This document shows, one piece after another, positions 14,001-28,200 of a stretch of 64,000 bases of DNA. The notes beneath the pieces were generated by a model. It had not been told where the DNA came from. It did not search any database and worked only from the letters and a program-made list of their open reading frames with translations. The translations under genes were made by a program, and so were the position numbers. The DNA is from Auanema rhodensis (Eukaryota > Animalia > Nematoda): assembly GCA_964057225.1 (NCBI GenBank), contig OZ059895.1, positions 21,018,001-21,082,000 of the forward strand, given 5' to 3'. Positions within the stretch are counted from its first letter, which is position 1, and every line of letters starts with the position of its first letter.

Positions 14001-14600
14001 GTGAAAGATGAAGAGATGCGGTTTTCAAAATTAGATTCCTCATGACCATATTAGTCTAAAAACGAATTTTTATTAATATTGGTGCATGGTAACCATGACT
14101 TTGAAATTTACGTGAACTTTAATTTATGCTAATTAAGTGTACACATGATGTGCACTTGGTATGTAACTCGCTTCACGTGAAAGATAAAGAGATGCGGTTT
14201 TCAAAATTAGATTCCCCATGTCCATATTAGTCTAAAAACACATTTTTGTTGATATTGGTGGATGGTAACCATGACTTTGAAATTTACGTGAACTTCAATT
14301 TATGCTAATTAAGTGTACACATGATGTGCACTTGGTATGTAACTCGCTTCAAGTCAAAGATAAAGAGATGCGGTTTTCAAACTTAGATTCCCTATGTCCA
14401 TATTAGTCTAAAAACAAATTTTTATTAATATTGGTGAATGGTAACCATGACTTTGAAATTTACGTGAACTTTAATTTATGCTAATTAAGTGTACACATGA
14501 TGTGCACTTGGTATGTAACTCGCTTCACGTGAAAGATGAAGAGATGCGGTTTTCAAAATTAGATTCCCTATGTCCATATTAGTCTAAAAACAAATTTTTA
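11087..14600 (+). repeat. 11-monomer higher-order duplication (1939 bp offset); second copy lacks two internal monomers
   Basis: Monomer starts 11087/13026. TAATTCATGTTTATT at 11301/13240 and TCATGACC at 12101/14040 (offset 1939 = 11x176+3). Downstream CAAACTTAGATTCCCTA at 12794/14378 has offset 1584 (9 monomers). Confidence 0.8.
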
Positions 14601-16372
14601 TCAATATTGGTGCATGGTAACCATGACTTTGAAATTTACGTGAACTTTAATTTATGCTAATTAAGTGTACACATGATGTGCACTTGGTATGTAACTCGCT
14701 TCACGTGAAAGATGAAGAGATGCGGTTTTCAAAATTAGATTCCTCATGTCCATATTAGTCTAAAAACGAATTTTTATTGATATTGGTGCATGGTAACCAT
14801 GACTTTGAAATTTACGTGAACTTTAATTTATGCTAATTAAGTGTACACATGATGTGCACTTGGTATGTAACTCGCTTCACGTGAAAGATGAAGAGATGCG
14901 GTTTCCAAAAAAATTAGATTCCTCATGTCCATATTAGTCTAAAAACGATTTTTTATTGATATTGGTGCATGGTAACCATGACTTTGAAATTTTCGTGAAC
15001 TTCAATTTATGCTAATTAAGTGTACACGTGATGTGCACTTGGTATGTAACTCGCTTCACGTGAAAGATGAAGAGATGCGGTTTTCAAAATTAGATTCCTC
15101 ATGTCCATATTAGTCTAAAAACGAATTTTTATTGATATTGGTGCATGGTAACCATGACTTTGAAATTTACGTGAACTTTAATTTATGCTAATTAAGTGTA
15201 CACCTGATGTGCACTTGGTATGTAACTCGCTTCACGTGAAAGATAAAGAGATGCGGTTTTCAAAATTAGATTCCCTATGTCCATATTAGTCTAAAAACAA
15301 ATTTTTATTAATATTGGTGAATGGTAACCATGACTTTGAAATTTACGTGAACTTTAATTTATGCTAATTAAGTGTACACATGATGTGCACTTGGTATGTA
15401 ACTCGCTTCACGTGAAAGATGAAGAGATGCGGTTTTCAAAATTAGATTCCCTATGTCCATATTAGTCTAAAAACAAATTTTTATCAATATTGGTGCATGG
15501 TAACCATGACTTTGAAATTTACGTGAACTTTAATTTATGCTAATTAAGTGTACACATGATGTGCACTTGGTATGTAACTCGCTTCACGTGAAAGATGAAG
15601 AGATGCGGTTTTCAAAATTAGATTCCCTATGTCCATATTAGTCTAAAAACAAATTTTTATCAATATTGGTGCATGGTAACCATGACTTTGAAATTTACGT
15701 GAACTTTAATTTATGCTAATTAAGTGTACACATGATGTGCACTTGGTATGTAACTCGCTTCACGTGAAAGATGAAGAGATGCGGTTCTCAAAATTAGATT
15801 CCCTATGTCCATATTAGTCTAAAAACAAATTTTTATCAATATTGGTGCATGGTAACCATGACTTTGAAATTTACGTGAACTTTAATTTATGCTAATTAAG
15901 TGTACACATGATGTGCACTTGGTATGTAACTCGCTTCACGTGAAAGATGAAGAGATGCGGTTTTCAAAATTAGATTCCTCATGTCCATATTAGTCTAAAA
16001 ACGAATTTTTATTGATATTGGTGCATGGTAACCATGACTTTGAAATTTACGTGAACTTTAATTCATGTTTATTAAGTGTACACGTGATGTGCACTTGGTA
16101 TGTAACTCGCTTCACGTGAAAGATAAAGGGATGCGGTTTTCAAAATTAGATTCCTCATGTCCATATTAGTCTAAAAACAAATTTTTATCAATATTGGTGC
16201 ATGGTAACCATGACTTTGAAATTTACGTGAACTTTAATTTATGCTAATTAAGTGTACACATGATGTGCACTTGGTATGTAACTCGCTTCACGTGAAAGAT
16301 GAAGAGATGCGGTTTTCAAAATTAGATTCCTCATGTCCATATTAGTCTAAAAACGAATTTTTATTGATATTG

Positions 16373-17940
16373 GTGCATGGTAACCATGACTTTGAAATTT
16401 TCGTGAACTTCAATTTATGCTAATTAAGTGTACACGTGATGTGCACTTGGTATGTAACTCGCTTCACGTGAAAGATGAAGAGATGCGGTTTTCAAAATTA
16501 GATTCCCCATTTCCATATTAGTCTAAAAACAAATTTTTATTGATATTGGTGCATGGTAACCATGACTTTGAAATTTACGTGAACTTCAATTTATGCTAAC
16601 TAAGTGTACACGTGATGTGCACTTGGTATGTAACTCGCTTCACGTGAAAGATGAAGAGATGCGGTTTTCAAAATAGATTCCTCATTTCCAAATTAGTCTA
16701 AAAACAAATTTTTATTGATAATGGTGCATGGCAACCATGACTTTAAAATTTACGTGAACTTTAATTTATGCTAATTAAGTGTACACATGATGTGCACTTG
16801 GTATGTAACTCGCTTTACGTCAAAGATAAAGAGATGCGGTTTTCAAAATTAGATTCCCCATGTCCATATTAGTCTAAAAACAAATTTTTATTGATATTGG
16901 TGCATGGTAACCATGACTTTGAAATTTACGTGAACTTTAATTTATGCTAATTAAGTGTACACCTGATGTGCACTTGGTATGTAACTCGCTTCACGTGAAA
17001 GATAAAGAGATGCGGTTTTCAAAATTAGATTCCCCATTTCCATATTAGTCTAAAAACAAATTTTTATTGATATTGGTGCATGGTAACCATGACTTTGAAA
17101 TTTTCGTGAACTTCAATTTATGCTAATTAAGTGTACACGTGATGTGCACTTGGTATGTAACTCGCTTCACGTGAAAGATGAAGAGATGCGGTTTTCAAAA
17201 TTAGATTCCCCATTTCCATATTAGTCTAAAAACAAATTTTTATTAATATTGGTGAATGGTAACCATGACTTTGAAATTTACGTGAACTTTAATTTATGCT
17301 AATTAAGTGTACACATGATGTGCACTTGGTATGTAACTCGCTTCACGTGAAAGATGAAGAGATGCGGTTTCCAAAATTAGATTCCCCATTTCCATATTAG
17401 TCTAAAAACAAATTTTTATTGATATTGGTGCATGGTAACCATGACTTTGAAATTTTCGTGAACTTCAATTTATGCTAATTAAGTGTACACGTGATGTGCA
17501 CTTGGTATGTAACTCGCTTCACGTGAAAGATGAAGAGATGCGGTTTTCAAAATTAGATTCCCCATTTCCATATTAGTCTAAAAACAAATTTTTATTGATA
17601 TTGGTGCATGGTAACCATGACTTTGAAATTTACGTGAACTTCAATTTATGCTAACTAAGTGTACACGTGATGTGCACTTGGTATGTAACTCGCTTCACGT
17701 GAAAGATGAAGAGATGCGGTTTTCAAAATAGATTCCTCATTTCCAAATTAGTCTAAAAACAAATTTTTATTGATATTGGTGCATGGCAACCATGACTTTA
17801 AAATTTACGTGAACTTTAATTTATGCTAATTAAGTGTACACATGATGTGCACTTGGTATGTAACTCGCTTTACGTCAAAGATAAAGAGATGCGGTTTTCA
17901 AAATTAGATTCCCCATGTCCATATTAGTCTAAAAACAAAT
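16373..17940 (+). repeat. Local duplication with 6-monomer offset (1055 bp)
   Basis: CTAACTAAG at 16596/17651 and CCTCATTTCCAAATTAG at ~16680/17735. Boundaries approximate. Confidence 0.7.
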
Positions 17941-18482
17941 TTTTATTAATATTGGTGCATGGTAACCATGACTTTGAAATTTACGTGAACTTTAATTTAT
18001 GCTAATTAAGTGTACACATGATGTGCGCTTGGTATGTAACTCGCTTCACGTGAAAGATGAAGAGATGCGGTTTTCAAAATTAGATTCCTCATGTCCATAT
18101 TAGTCTAAAAACGAATTTTTATTGATATTGGTGCATGGTAACCATGACTTTGAAATTTACGTGAACTTTAATTCATGTTTATTAAGTGTACACGTGATGT
18201 GCACTCGGTATGTAACTCGCTTCACGTGAAAGATAAAGGGATGCGGTTTTCAAAATTAGATTCCTCATGTCCATATTAGTCTAAAAACAAATTTTTATTG
18301 ATATTGGTGCATGGTAACCATGACTTTGAAATTTACGTGAACTTTAATTTATGCTAATTAAGTGTACACCTGATGTGCACTTGGTATGTAACTCGCTTCA
18401 CGTGAAAGATAAAGAGATGCGGTTTTCAAAATTAGATTCCCCATTTCCATATTAGTCTAAAAACGAATTTTTATTGATATTG

Positions 18483-21298
18483 GTGCATGGTAACCATGAC
18501 TTTGAAATTTACGTGAACTTTAATTTATGCTTATTAAGTGTACACGTGATGTGCACTTGGTATGTAACTCGCTTCACGTCAAAGATAAAGAGATGCGGTT
18601 TTCAAAATTAGATTCCCCATGTCCATATTAGTCTAAAAACAAATTTTTATTAATATTGGTGCATGGTAACCATGACTTTGAAATTTACGTGAACTTTAAT
18701 TTATGCTAATTAAGTGTACACCTGATGTGCACTTGGTATGTAACTCGCTTCACGTGAAAGATAAAGAGATGCGGTTTTCAAAATTAGATTCCCCATTTCC
18801 ATATTAGTCTAAAAACGAATTTTTATTGATATTGGTGCATGGTAACCATGACTTTGAAATTTACGTGAACTTTAATTTATGCTTATTAAGTGTACACGTG
18901 ATGTGCACTTGGTATGTAACTCGCTTCACGTGAAAGATAAAGAGATGCGGTTTTCAAAATTAGATTCCCCATGTCCATATTAGTCTAAAAACAAATTTTT
19001 ATTAATATTGGTGCATGGTAACCATGACTTTGAAATTTACGTGAACTTTAATTTATGCTAATTAAGTGTACACATGATGTGCACTTGGTATGTAACTCGC
19101 TTCACGTCAAAGATAAAGAGATGCGGTTTTCAAAATTAGATTCCCCATGTCCATATTAGTCTAAAAACAAATTTTTATTAATATTGGTGCATGGTAACCA
19201 TGACTTTGAAATTTACGTGAACTTTAATTTATGCTAATTAAGTGTACACATGATGTGCACTTGGTATGTAACTCGCTTCACGTGAAAGATGAAGAGATGC
19301 GGTTTTCAAAATTAGATTCCTCATGACCATATTAGTCTAAAAACGAATTTTTATTAATATTGGTGCATGGTAACCATGACTTTGAAATTTACGTGAACTT
19401 TAATTTATGCTAATTAAGTGTACACATGATGTGCACTTGGTATGTAACTCGCTTCACGTGAAAGATGAAGAGATGCGGTTTTCAAAATTAGATTCCTCAT
19501 GTCCATATTAGTCTAAAAACGAATTTTTATTGATATTGGTGCATGGTAACCATGACTTTGAAATTTACGTGAACTTAAATTCATGTTTATTAAGTGTACA
19601 CGTGATGTGCACTTGGTATGTAACTCGCTTCACGTGAAAGATAAAGGGATGCGGTTTTCAAAATTAGATTCCTCATGTCCATATTAGTCTAAAAACAAAT
19701 TTTTATTAATATTGGTGCATGGTAACCATGACTTTGAAATTTACGTGAACTTTAATTTATGCTAATTAAGTGTACACATGATGTGCACTTGGTATGTAAC
19801 TCGCTTCACGTGAAAGATGAAGAGATGCGGTTTTCAAAATTAGATTCCCCATTTCCATATTAGTCTAAAAACGAATTTTTATTGATATTGGTGCATGGTA
19901 ACCATGACTTTGAAATTTACGTGAACTTTAATTTATGCTTATTAAGTGTACACGTGATGTGCACTTGGTATGTAACTCGCTTCACGTCAAAGATAAAGAG
20001 ATGCGGTTTTCAAAATTAGATTCCCCATGTCCATATTAGTCTAAAAACAAATTTTTATTAATATTGGTGCATGGTAACCATGACTTTGAAATTTACGTGA
20101 ACTTTAATTTATGCTAATTAAGTGTACACCTGATGTGCACTTGGTATGTAACTCGCTTCACGTGAAAGATAAAGAGATGCGGTTTTCAAAATTAGATTCC
20201 CCATTTCCATATTAGTCTAAAAACGAATTTTTATTGATATTGGTGCATGGTAACCATGACTTTGAAATTTACGTGAACTTTAATTTATGCTTATTAAGTG
20301 TACACGTGATGTGCACTTGGTATGTAACTCGCTTCACGTGAAAGATAAAGAGATGCGGTTTTCAAAATTAGATTCCCCATGTCCATATTAGTCTAAAAAC
20401 AAATTTTTATTAATATTGGTGCATGGTAACCATGACTTTGAAATTTACGTGAACTTTAATTTATGCTAATTAAGTGTACACATGATGTGCACTTGGTATG
20501 TAACTCGCTTCACGTCAAAGATAAAGAGATGCGGTTTTCAAAATTAGATTCCCCATGTCCATATTAGTCTAAAAACAAATTTTTATTAATATTGGTGCAT
20601 GGTAACCATGACTTTGAAATTTACGTGAACTTTAATTTATGCTAATTAAGTGTACACATGATGTGCACTTGGTATGTAACTCGCTTCACGTGAAAGATGA
20701 AGAGATGCGGTTTTCAAAATTAGATTCCTCATGACCATATTAGTCTAAAAACGAATTTTTATTAATATTGGTGCATGGTAACCATGACTTTGAAATTTAC
20801 GTGAACTTTAATTTATGCTAATTAAGTGTACACATGATGTGCACTTGGTATGTAACTCGCTTCACGTGAAAGATGAAGAGATGCGGTTTTCAAAATTAGA
20901 TTCCTCATGTCCATATTAGTCTAAAAACGAATTTTTATTGATATTGGTGCATGGTAACCATGACTTTGAAATTTACGTGAACTTAAATTCATGTTTATTA
21001 AGTGTACACGTGATGTGCACTTGGTATGTAACTCGCTTCACGTGAAAGATAAAGGGATGCGGTTTTCAAAATTAGATTCCTCATGTCCATATTAGTCTAA
21101 AAACAAATTTTTATTAATATTGGTGCATGGTAACCATGACTTTGAAATTTACGTGAACTTTAATTTATGCTAATTAAGTGTACACATGATGTGCACTTGG
21201 TATGTAACTCGCTTCACGTGAAAGATGAAGAGATGCGGTTTTCAAAATTAGATTCCCCATTTCCATATTAGTCTAAAAACGAATTTTTATTGATATTG
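18483..21298 (+). repeat. Tandem 8-monomer higher-order repeat, 2 copies (1408 bp)
   Basis: Monomer starts 18483/19891/21299. TCATGACC at 19321/20729 and AACTTAAATTCATGTTTAT at 19572/20980, both offset exactly 1408. Confidence 0.88.
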
Positions 21299-22221
21299 GT
21301 GCATGGTAACCATGACTTTGAAATTTACGTGAACTTTAATTTATGCTAATTAAGTGTACACATGATGTGCACTTGGTATGTAACTCGCTTCACGTGAAAG
21401 ATGAAGAGATGCGGTTTTCAAAATTAGATTCCTCATGTCCATATTAGTCTAAAAACGAATTTTTATTAATATTGGTGCATGGTAACCATGACTTTGAAAT
21501 TTACGTGAACTTTAATTTATGCTAATTAAGTGTACACATGATGTGCACTTGGTATGTAACTCGCTTCACGTGAAAGATGAAGAGATGCGGTTTCCAAAAA
21601 AATTAGATTCCTCATGTCCATATTAGTCTAAAAACGATTTTTTATTGATATTGGTGCATGGTAACCATGACTTTGAAATTTACGTGAACTTTAATTTATG
21701 CTAATTAAGTGTACACATGATGTGCGCTTGGTATGTAACTCGCTTCACGTTAAAGATAAAGAGATGCGGTTTTCAAAATTAGATTCCTCATTTCCATATT
21801 AGTCTAAAAACAAATTTGTATTGATATTGGTGCATGGCAACCATGACTTTAAAATTTACGTGAACTTTAATTTATGCTAATTAAGTGTACACATGATGTG
21901 CACTTGGTATGTAACTCGCTTCACGTCAAAGATAAAGAGATGCGGTTTTCAAAATTAGATTCCCCATGTCCATATTAGTCTAAAAACAAATTTTTATTAA
22001 TATTGGTGCATGGTAACCATGATTTTGAAATTTACGTGAACTTTAATTTATGCTAATTAAGTGTACACATGATGTGCGCTTGGTATGTAACTCGCTTCAC
22101 GTTAAAGATAAAGAGATGCGGTTTTCAAAATTAGATTCCCCATTTCCATATTAGTCTAAAAACAAATTTGTATTGATATTGGTGCATGGCAACCATGACT
22201 TTAAAATTTACGTGAACTTCA

Positions 22222-25200
22222 ATTTATGCTAATTAAGTGTACACGTGATGTGCACTTGGTATGTAACTCGCTTCACGTGAAAGATGAAGAGATGCGGTTT
22301 TCAAAATTAGATTCCCCATTTCCATATTAGTCTAAAAACAAATTTTTATTGATATTGGCGCATGGTAACCATGACTTTGAAATTTACGTGAACTTTAATT
22401 TATGCTAATTAAGTGTACACATGATGTGCGCTTGGTATGTAACTCGCTTCACGTGAAAGATGAAGAGATGCGGTTTTCAAAATTAGATTCCCCATGTCCA
22501 TATTAGTCTAAAAACAAATTTTTATTGATATTGGTGCATGGTAACCATGACTTTGAAATTTACGTGAACTTTAATTTATGCTAATTAAGTGTACACATGA
22601 TGTGCACTTGGTATGTAACTCGCTTTACGTCAAAGATAAAGAGATGCGGTTTTCAAAATTAGATTCCTCATTTCCATATTAGTCTAAAAACAAATTTTTA
22701 TTGATATTGGTGCATGGTAACCATGAGTTTGAAATTTACGTGAACTTTAATTTATGCTTATTAAGTGTACACGTGATGTGCACTTGGTATGTAACTCGCT
22801 TCACGTGAAAGATAAAGGGATGCGGTTTTCAAAATTAGATTCCCCATTTCCATATTAGTCTAAAAACAAATTTTTATTGATATTGGTGCATGGTAACCAT
22901 GACTTTGAAATTTACGTGAACTTTAATTTATGCTAATTAAGTGTACACATGATGTGCACTTGGTATGTAACTCGCTTCACGTGAAAGATAAAGGGATGCG
23001 GTTTTCAAAATTAGATTCCCCATGTCCATATTAGTCTAAAAACAAATTTTTATTGATATTGGTGCATGGTAACCATGACTTTGAAATTTACGTGAACTTT
23101 AATTTATGCTAATTAAGTGTACACATGATGTGCACTTGGTATGTAACTCGCTTCACGTGAAAGATGAAGAGATGCGGTTTTCAAAATTAGATTCCCCATG
23201 TCCATATTAGTCTAAAAACAAATTTTTATTGATATTGGTGCATGGTAACCATGACTTTGAAATTTACGTGAACTTTAATTTATGCTTATTAAGTGTACAC
23301 GTGATGTGCACTTGGTATGTAACTCGCTTCAAGTCAAAGATAAAGAGATGCGGTTTTCAAAATTAGATTCCCCATGTCCATATTAGTCTAAAAACACATT
23401 TTTGTTGATATTGGTGGATGGTAACCATGACTTTGAAATTTACGTGAACTTCAATTTATGCTAATTAAGTGTACACATGATGTGCACTTGGTATGTAACT
23501 CGCTTCAAGTCAAAGATAAAGAGATGCGGTTTTCAAAATTAGATTCCCTATGTCCATATTAGTCTAAAAACAAATTTTTATTAATATTGGTGAATGGTAA
23601 CCATGACTTTGAAATTTACGTGAACTTTAATTTATGCTAATTAAGTGTACACATGATGTGCACTTGGTATGTAACACGCTTTACGTCAAAGATAAAGAGA
23701 TGCGGTTTTCAAAATTAGATTCCCCATGTCCATATTAGTCAAAAAACAAATTTTTATTAATATTGGTGCATGGTAACCATGACTTTGAAATTTACGTGAA
23801 CTTTAATTTATGCTAATTAAGTGTACACATGATGTGCGCTTGGTATGTAACTCGCTTCACGTTAAAGATAAAGAGATGCGGTTCTCAAAATTAGATTCCC
23901 CATGTCCATATTAGTCTAAAAACAAATTTGTATTAATATTGGTGCATGGTAACCATGACTTTGAAATTTACGTGAACTTCAATTTATGCTAATTAAGTGT
24001 ACACATGATGTGCACTTGGTATGTAACTCGCTTCAAGTCAAAGATAAAGAGATGCGGTTTTCAAAAAAATTAGATTCCTCATGTCCATCTTAGTCTAAAA
24101 ACGATTTTTTATTGATATTGGTGCATGGTAACCATGACTTTGAAATTTACGTGAACTTTAATTTATGCTTATTAAGTGTACACGTGATGTGCACTTGGTA
24201 TGTAACTCGCTTCACGTGAAAGATAAAGGGATGCGGTTTTCAAAATTAGATTCCCCATTTCCATATTAGTCTAAAAACAAATTTTTATTGATATTGGTGC
24301 ATTGTAACCATGACTTTGAAATTTACGTGAACTTTAATTTATGCTAATTAAGTGTACACATGATGTGCACTTGGTATGTAACTCGCTTCACGTGAAAGAT
24401 AAAGGGATGCGGTTTTCAAAATTAGATTCCCCATGTCCATATTAGTCTAAAAACAAATTTTTATTGATATTGGTGTATGGTAACCATGACTTTGAAATTT
24501 ACGTGAACTTTAATTTATGCTAATTAAGTGTACACATGATGTGAACTTGGTATGTAACTCGCTTCACGTGAAAGATGAAGAGATGCGGTTTTCAAAATTA
24601 GATTCCCCATGTCCATATTAGTCTAAAAACAAATTTTTATTGATATTGGTGCATGGTAACCATGACTTTGAAATTTACGTGAACTTTAATTTATGCTTAT
24701 TAAGTGTACACGTGATGTGCACTTGGTATGTAACTCGCTTCACGTGAAAGATGAAGAGATGCGGTTTTCAAAATTAGATTCCCCATTTCCATATTAGTCT
24801 AAAAACAAATTTTTATTGATATTGGTGCATGGTAACCATGACTTTGAAATTTACGTGAACTTCAATTTATGCTAATTAAGTGTACACGTGATGTGCACTT
24901 GGTATGTAACTCGCTTCACGTGAAAGATGAAGAGATGCGGTTTTCAAAATTAGATTCCCCATTTCCATATTAGTCTAAAAACAAATTTTTATTGATATTG
25001 GTGCATGGTAACCATGACTTTGAAATTTACGTGAACTTCAATTTATGCTAATTAAGTGTACACGTGATGTGCACTTGGTATGTAACTCGCTTCACGTGAA
25101 AGATGAAGAGATGCGGTTTTCAAAATAGATTCCCCATTTCCAAATTAGTCTAAAAACAAATTTTTATTGATATTGGTGCATGGCAACCATGACTTTAAAA

Positions 25201-28200
25201 TTTACGTGAACTTTAATTTATGCTAATTAAGTGTAAACATGATGTGCACTTGGTATGTAACTCGCTTTACGTCAAAGATAAAGAGATGCGGTTTTCAAAA
25301 TTAGATTCCCCATGTCCATATTAGTCTAAAAACAAATTTTTATTAATATTGGTGCATGGTAACCATGACTTTGAAATTTACGTGAACTTTAATTTATGCT
25401 AATTAAGTGTACACATGATGTGCGCTTGGTATGTAACTCGCTTCACGTGAAAGATGAAGAGATGCGGTTTTCAAAATTAGATTCCTCATGTCCATATTAG
25501 TCTAAAAACGAATTTTTATTGATATTGGTGCATGGTAACCATGACTTTGAAATTTACGTGAACTTTAATTCATGCTTATTAAGTGTACACGTGATGTGCA
25601 CTTGGTATGTAACTCGCTTCACGTGAAAGATAAAGGGATGCGGTTTTCAAAATTAGATTCCTCATGTCCATATTAGTCTAAAAACAAATTTTTATTGATA
25701 TTGGTGCATGGTAACCATGACTTTGAAATTTACGTGAACTTTAATTTATGCTAATTAAGTGTACACCTGATGTGCACTTGGTATGTAACTCGCTTCACGT
25801 GAAAGATAAAGAGATGCGGTTTTCAAAATTAGATTCCCCATTTCCATATTAGTCTAAAAACGAATTTTTATTGATATTGGTGCATGGTAACCATGACTTT
25901 GAAATTTACGTGAACTTTAATTTATGCTTATTAAGTGTACACGTGATGTGCACTTGGTATGTAACTCGCTTCACGTGAAAGATAAAGAGGTGCGGTTTTC
26001 AAAATTAGATTCCCCATGTCCATATTAGTCTAAAAACAAATTTTTATTAATATTGGTGCATGGTAACCATGACTTTGAAATTTACGTGAACTTTAATTTA
26101 TGCTAATTTAGTGTACACATGATGTGCACTTCGTATGTAACTCGCTTCACGTCAAAGATAAAGAGATGCGGTTTTCAAAATTAGATTCCCCATGTCCATA
26201 TTAGTCTAAAAACAAATTTTTATTAATATTGGTGCATGGTAACCATGACTTTGAAATTTACGTGAACTTTAATTTATGCTAATTAAGTGTACACATGATG
26301 TGCACTTGGTATGTAACTCGCTTCACGTGAAAGATGAAGAGATGCGGTTTTCAAAATTAGATTCCTCATGTCCATATTAGTCTAAAAACGAATTTTTATT
26401 GATATTGGTGCATGGTAACCATGACTTTGAAATTTACGTGAACTTTAATTTATGCTAATTAAGTGTACACATGATGTGCATTTGGTATGTAACTCGCTTC
26501 ACGTGAAAGATGAAGAGATGCGGTTTTCAAAATTAGATTCCCCATTTCCATATTAGTCTAAAAACAAATTTTTATTGATATTGGTGCATGGTAACCATGA
26601 CTTTGAAATTTACGTGAACTTTAATTTATGCTTATTAAGTGTACACGTGATGTGCACTTGGTATGTAACTCGCTTCACGTGAAAGATGAAGAGATGCGCT
26701 TTTCGAAATTAGATTCCCCATGTCCATATTAGTCTAAAAACACATTTTTGTTGATATAGGTGGATGGTAACCATGACTTTGAAATTTACGTGAACTTTAA
26801 TTTATGCTAATTAAGTGTACACATGATGTGCACTTGGTATGTTACTCGCTTCACGTGAAAGATAAAGAGATGCGGTTTTCAAAATAGATTCCCCATTTCC
26901 ATATTAGTCTAAAAACAAATTTTTATTGATATTGGTGCATGGCAACCATGACTTTAAAATTTACGTGAACTTAAATTTATGCTAATTAAGTGTACACATG
27001 ATGTGCACTTGGTATGTAACTCGCTTCACGTCAAAGATAAAGAGATGCGGTTTTCAAAATTAGATTCCTCATTTCCATGTTAGTCTAAAAACAAATTTTT
27101 ATTGATATTGGTGCATGGCAACCATGACTTTAAAATTTACGTGAACTTAAATTTATGCTAATTAAGTGTACACATGATGTGCACTTGGTATGTAACTCGC
27201 TTCACGTCAAAGATAAAGAGATGCGGTTTTCAAACTTAGATTCCCCATGTCCATATTAGTCTAAAAACAAATTTTTATTAATATTGGTGCATGGTAACCA
27301 TGACTTTGAAATTTACGTGAACTTTAATTTATGCTTATTAAGTGTACACGTGATGTGCACTTGGTATGTAACTCGCTTCACGTGAAAGATAAAGAGATGC
27401 GGTTTTCAAAATTAGATTCCCCATGTCCATATTAGTCTAAAAACAAATTTTTATTGATATTGGTGCATGGTAACCATGACTTTGAAATTTACGTGAACTT
27501 TAATTTATGCTAATTAAATGTACACGTGATGTGCACTTGGTATGTAACTCGCTTCACGTGAAAGATGAAGAGATGCGGTTTTCAAAATTAGATTCCCCAT
27601 GTCCAAATTAGTCTAAAAACAAATTTTTATTAATATTGGTGCATGGTAACCATGACTTTGAAATTTACGTGAACTTTAATTTATGCTAATTAAGTGTACA
27701 CATGATATGCACTTGGTATGTAACTCGCTTCACGTGAAAGATAAAGAGATGCGGTTTTCAAAATAGATTCCCCATTTCCATATTAGTCTAAAAACAAATT
27801 TTTATTGATCTTGGTGCATGGCAACCATGACTTTAAAATTTACGTGAACTTTAATTTATGCTAATTAAGTGTACACATGATGTGCCTTTGGTATGTAACT
27901 CGCTTCACGTCAAAGATAAAGAGATGCGGTTTTCAAAATTAGATTCCCCATGTCCATATTAGTCTAAAAACAAATTTTTATTAATATTGGTGCATGGTAA
28001 CCATGACTTTGAAATTTACGTGAACTTTAATTTATGCTAATTAAGTGTACACATGATGTGCGCTTGGTATGTAACTCGCTTCACGTGAAAGATAAAGAGA
28101 TGCGGTTTTCAAAATTAGATTCCCCATTTCCATGTTAGTCTAAAAACAAATTTTTATTGATATTGGTGCATGGCAACCATGACTTTAAAATTTACGTGAA

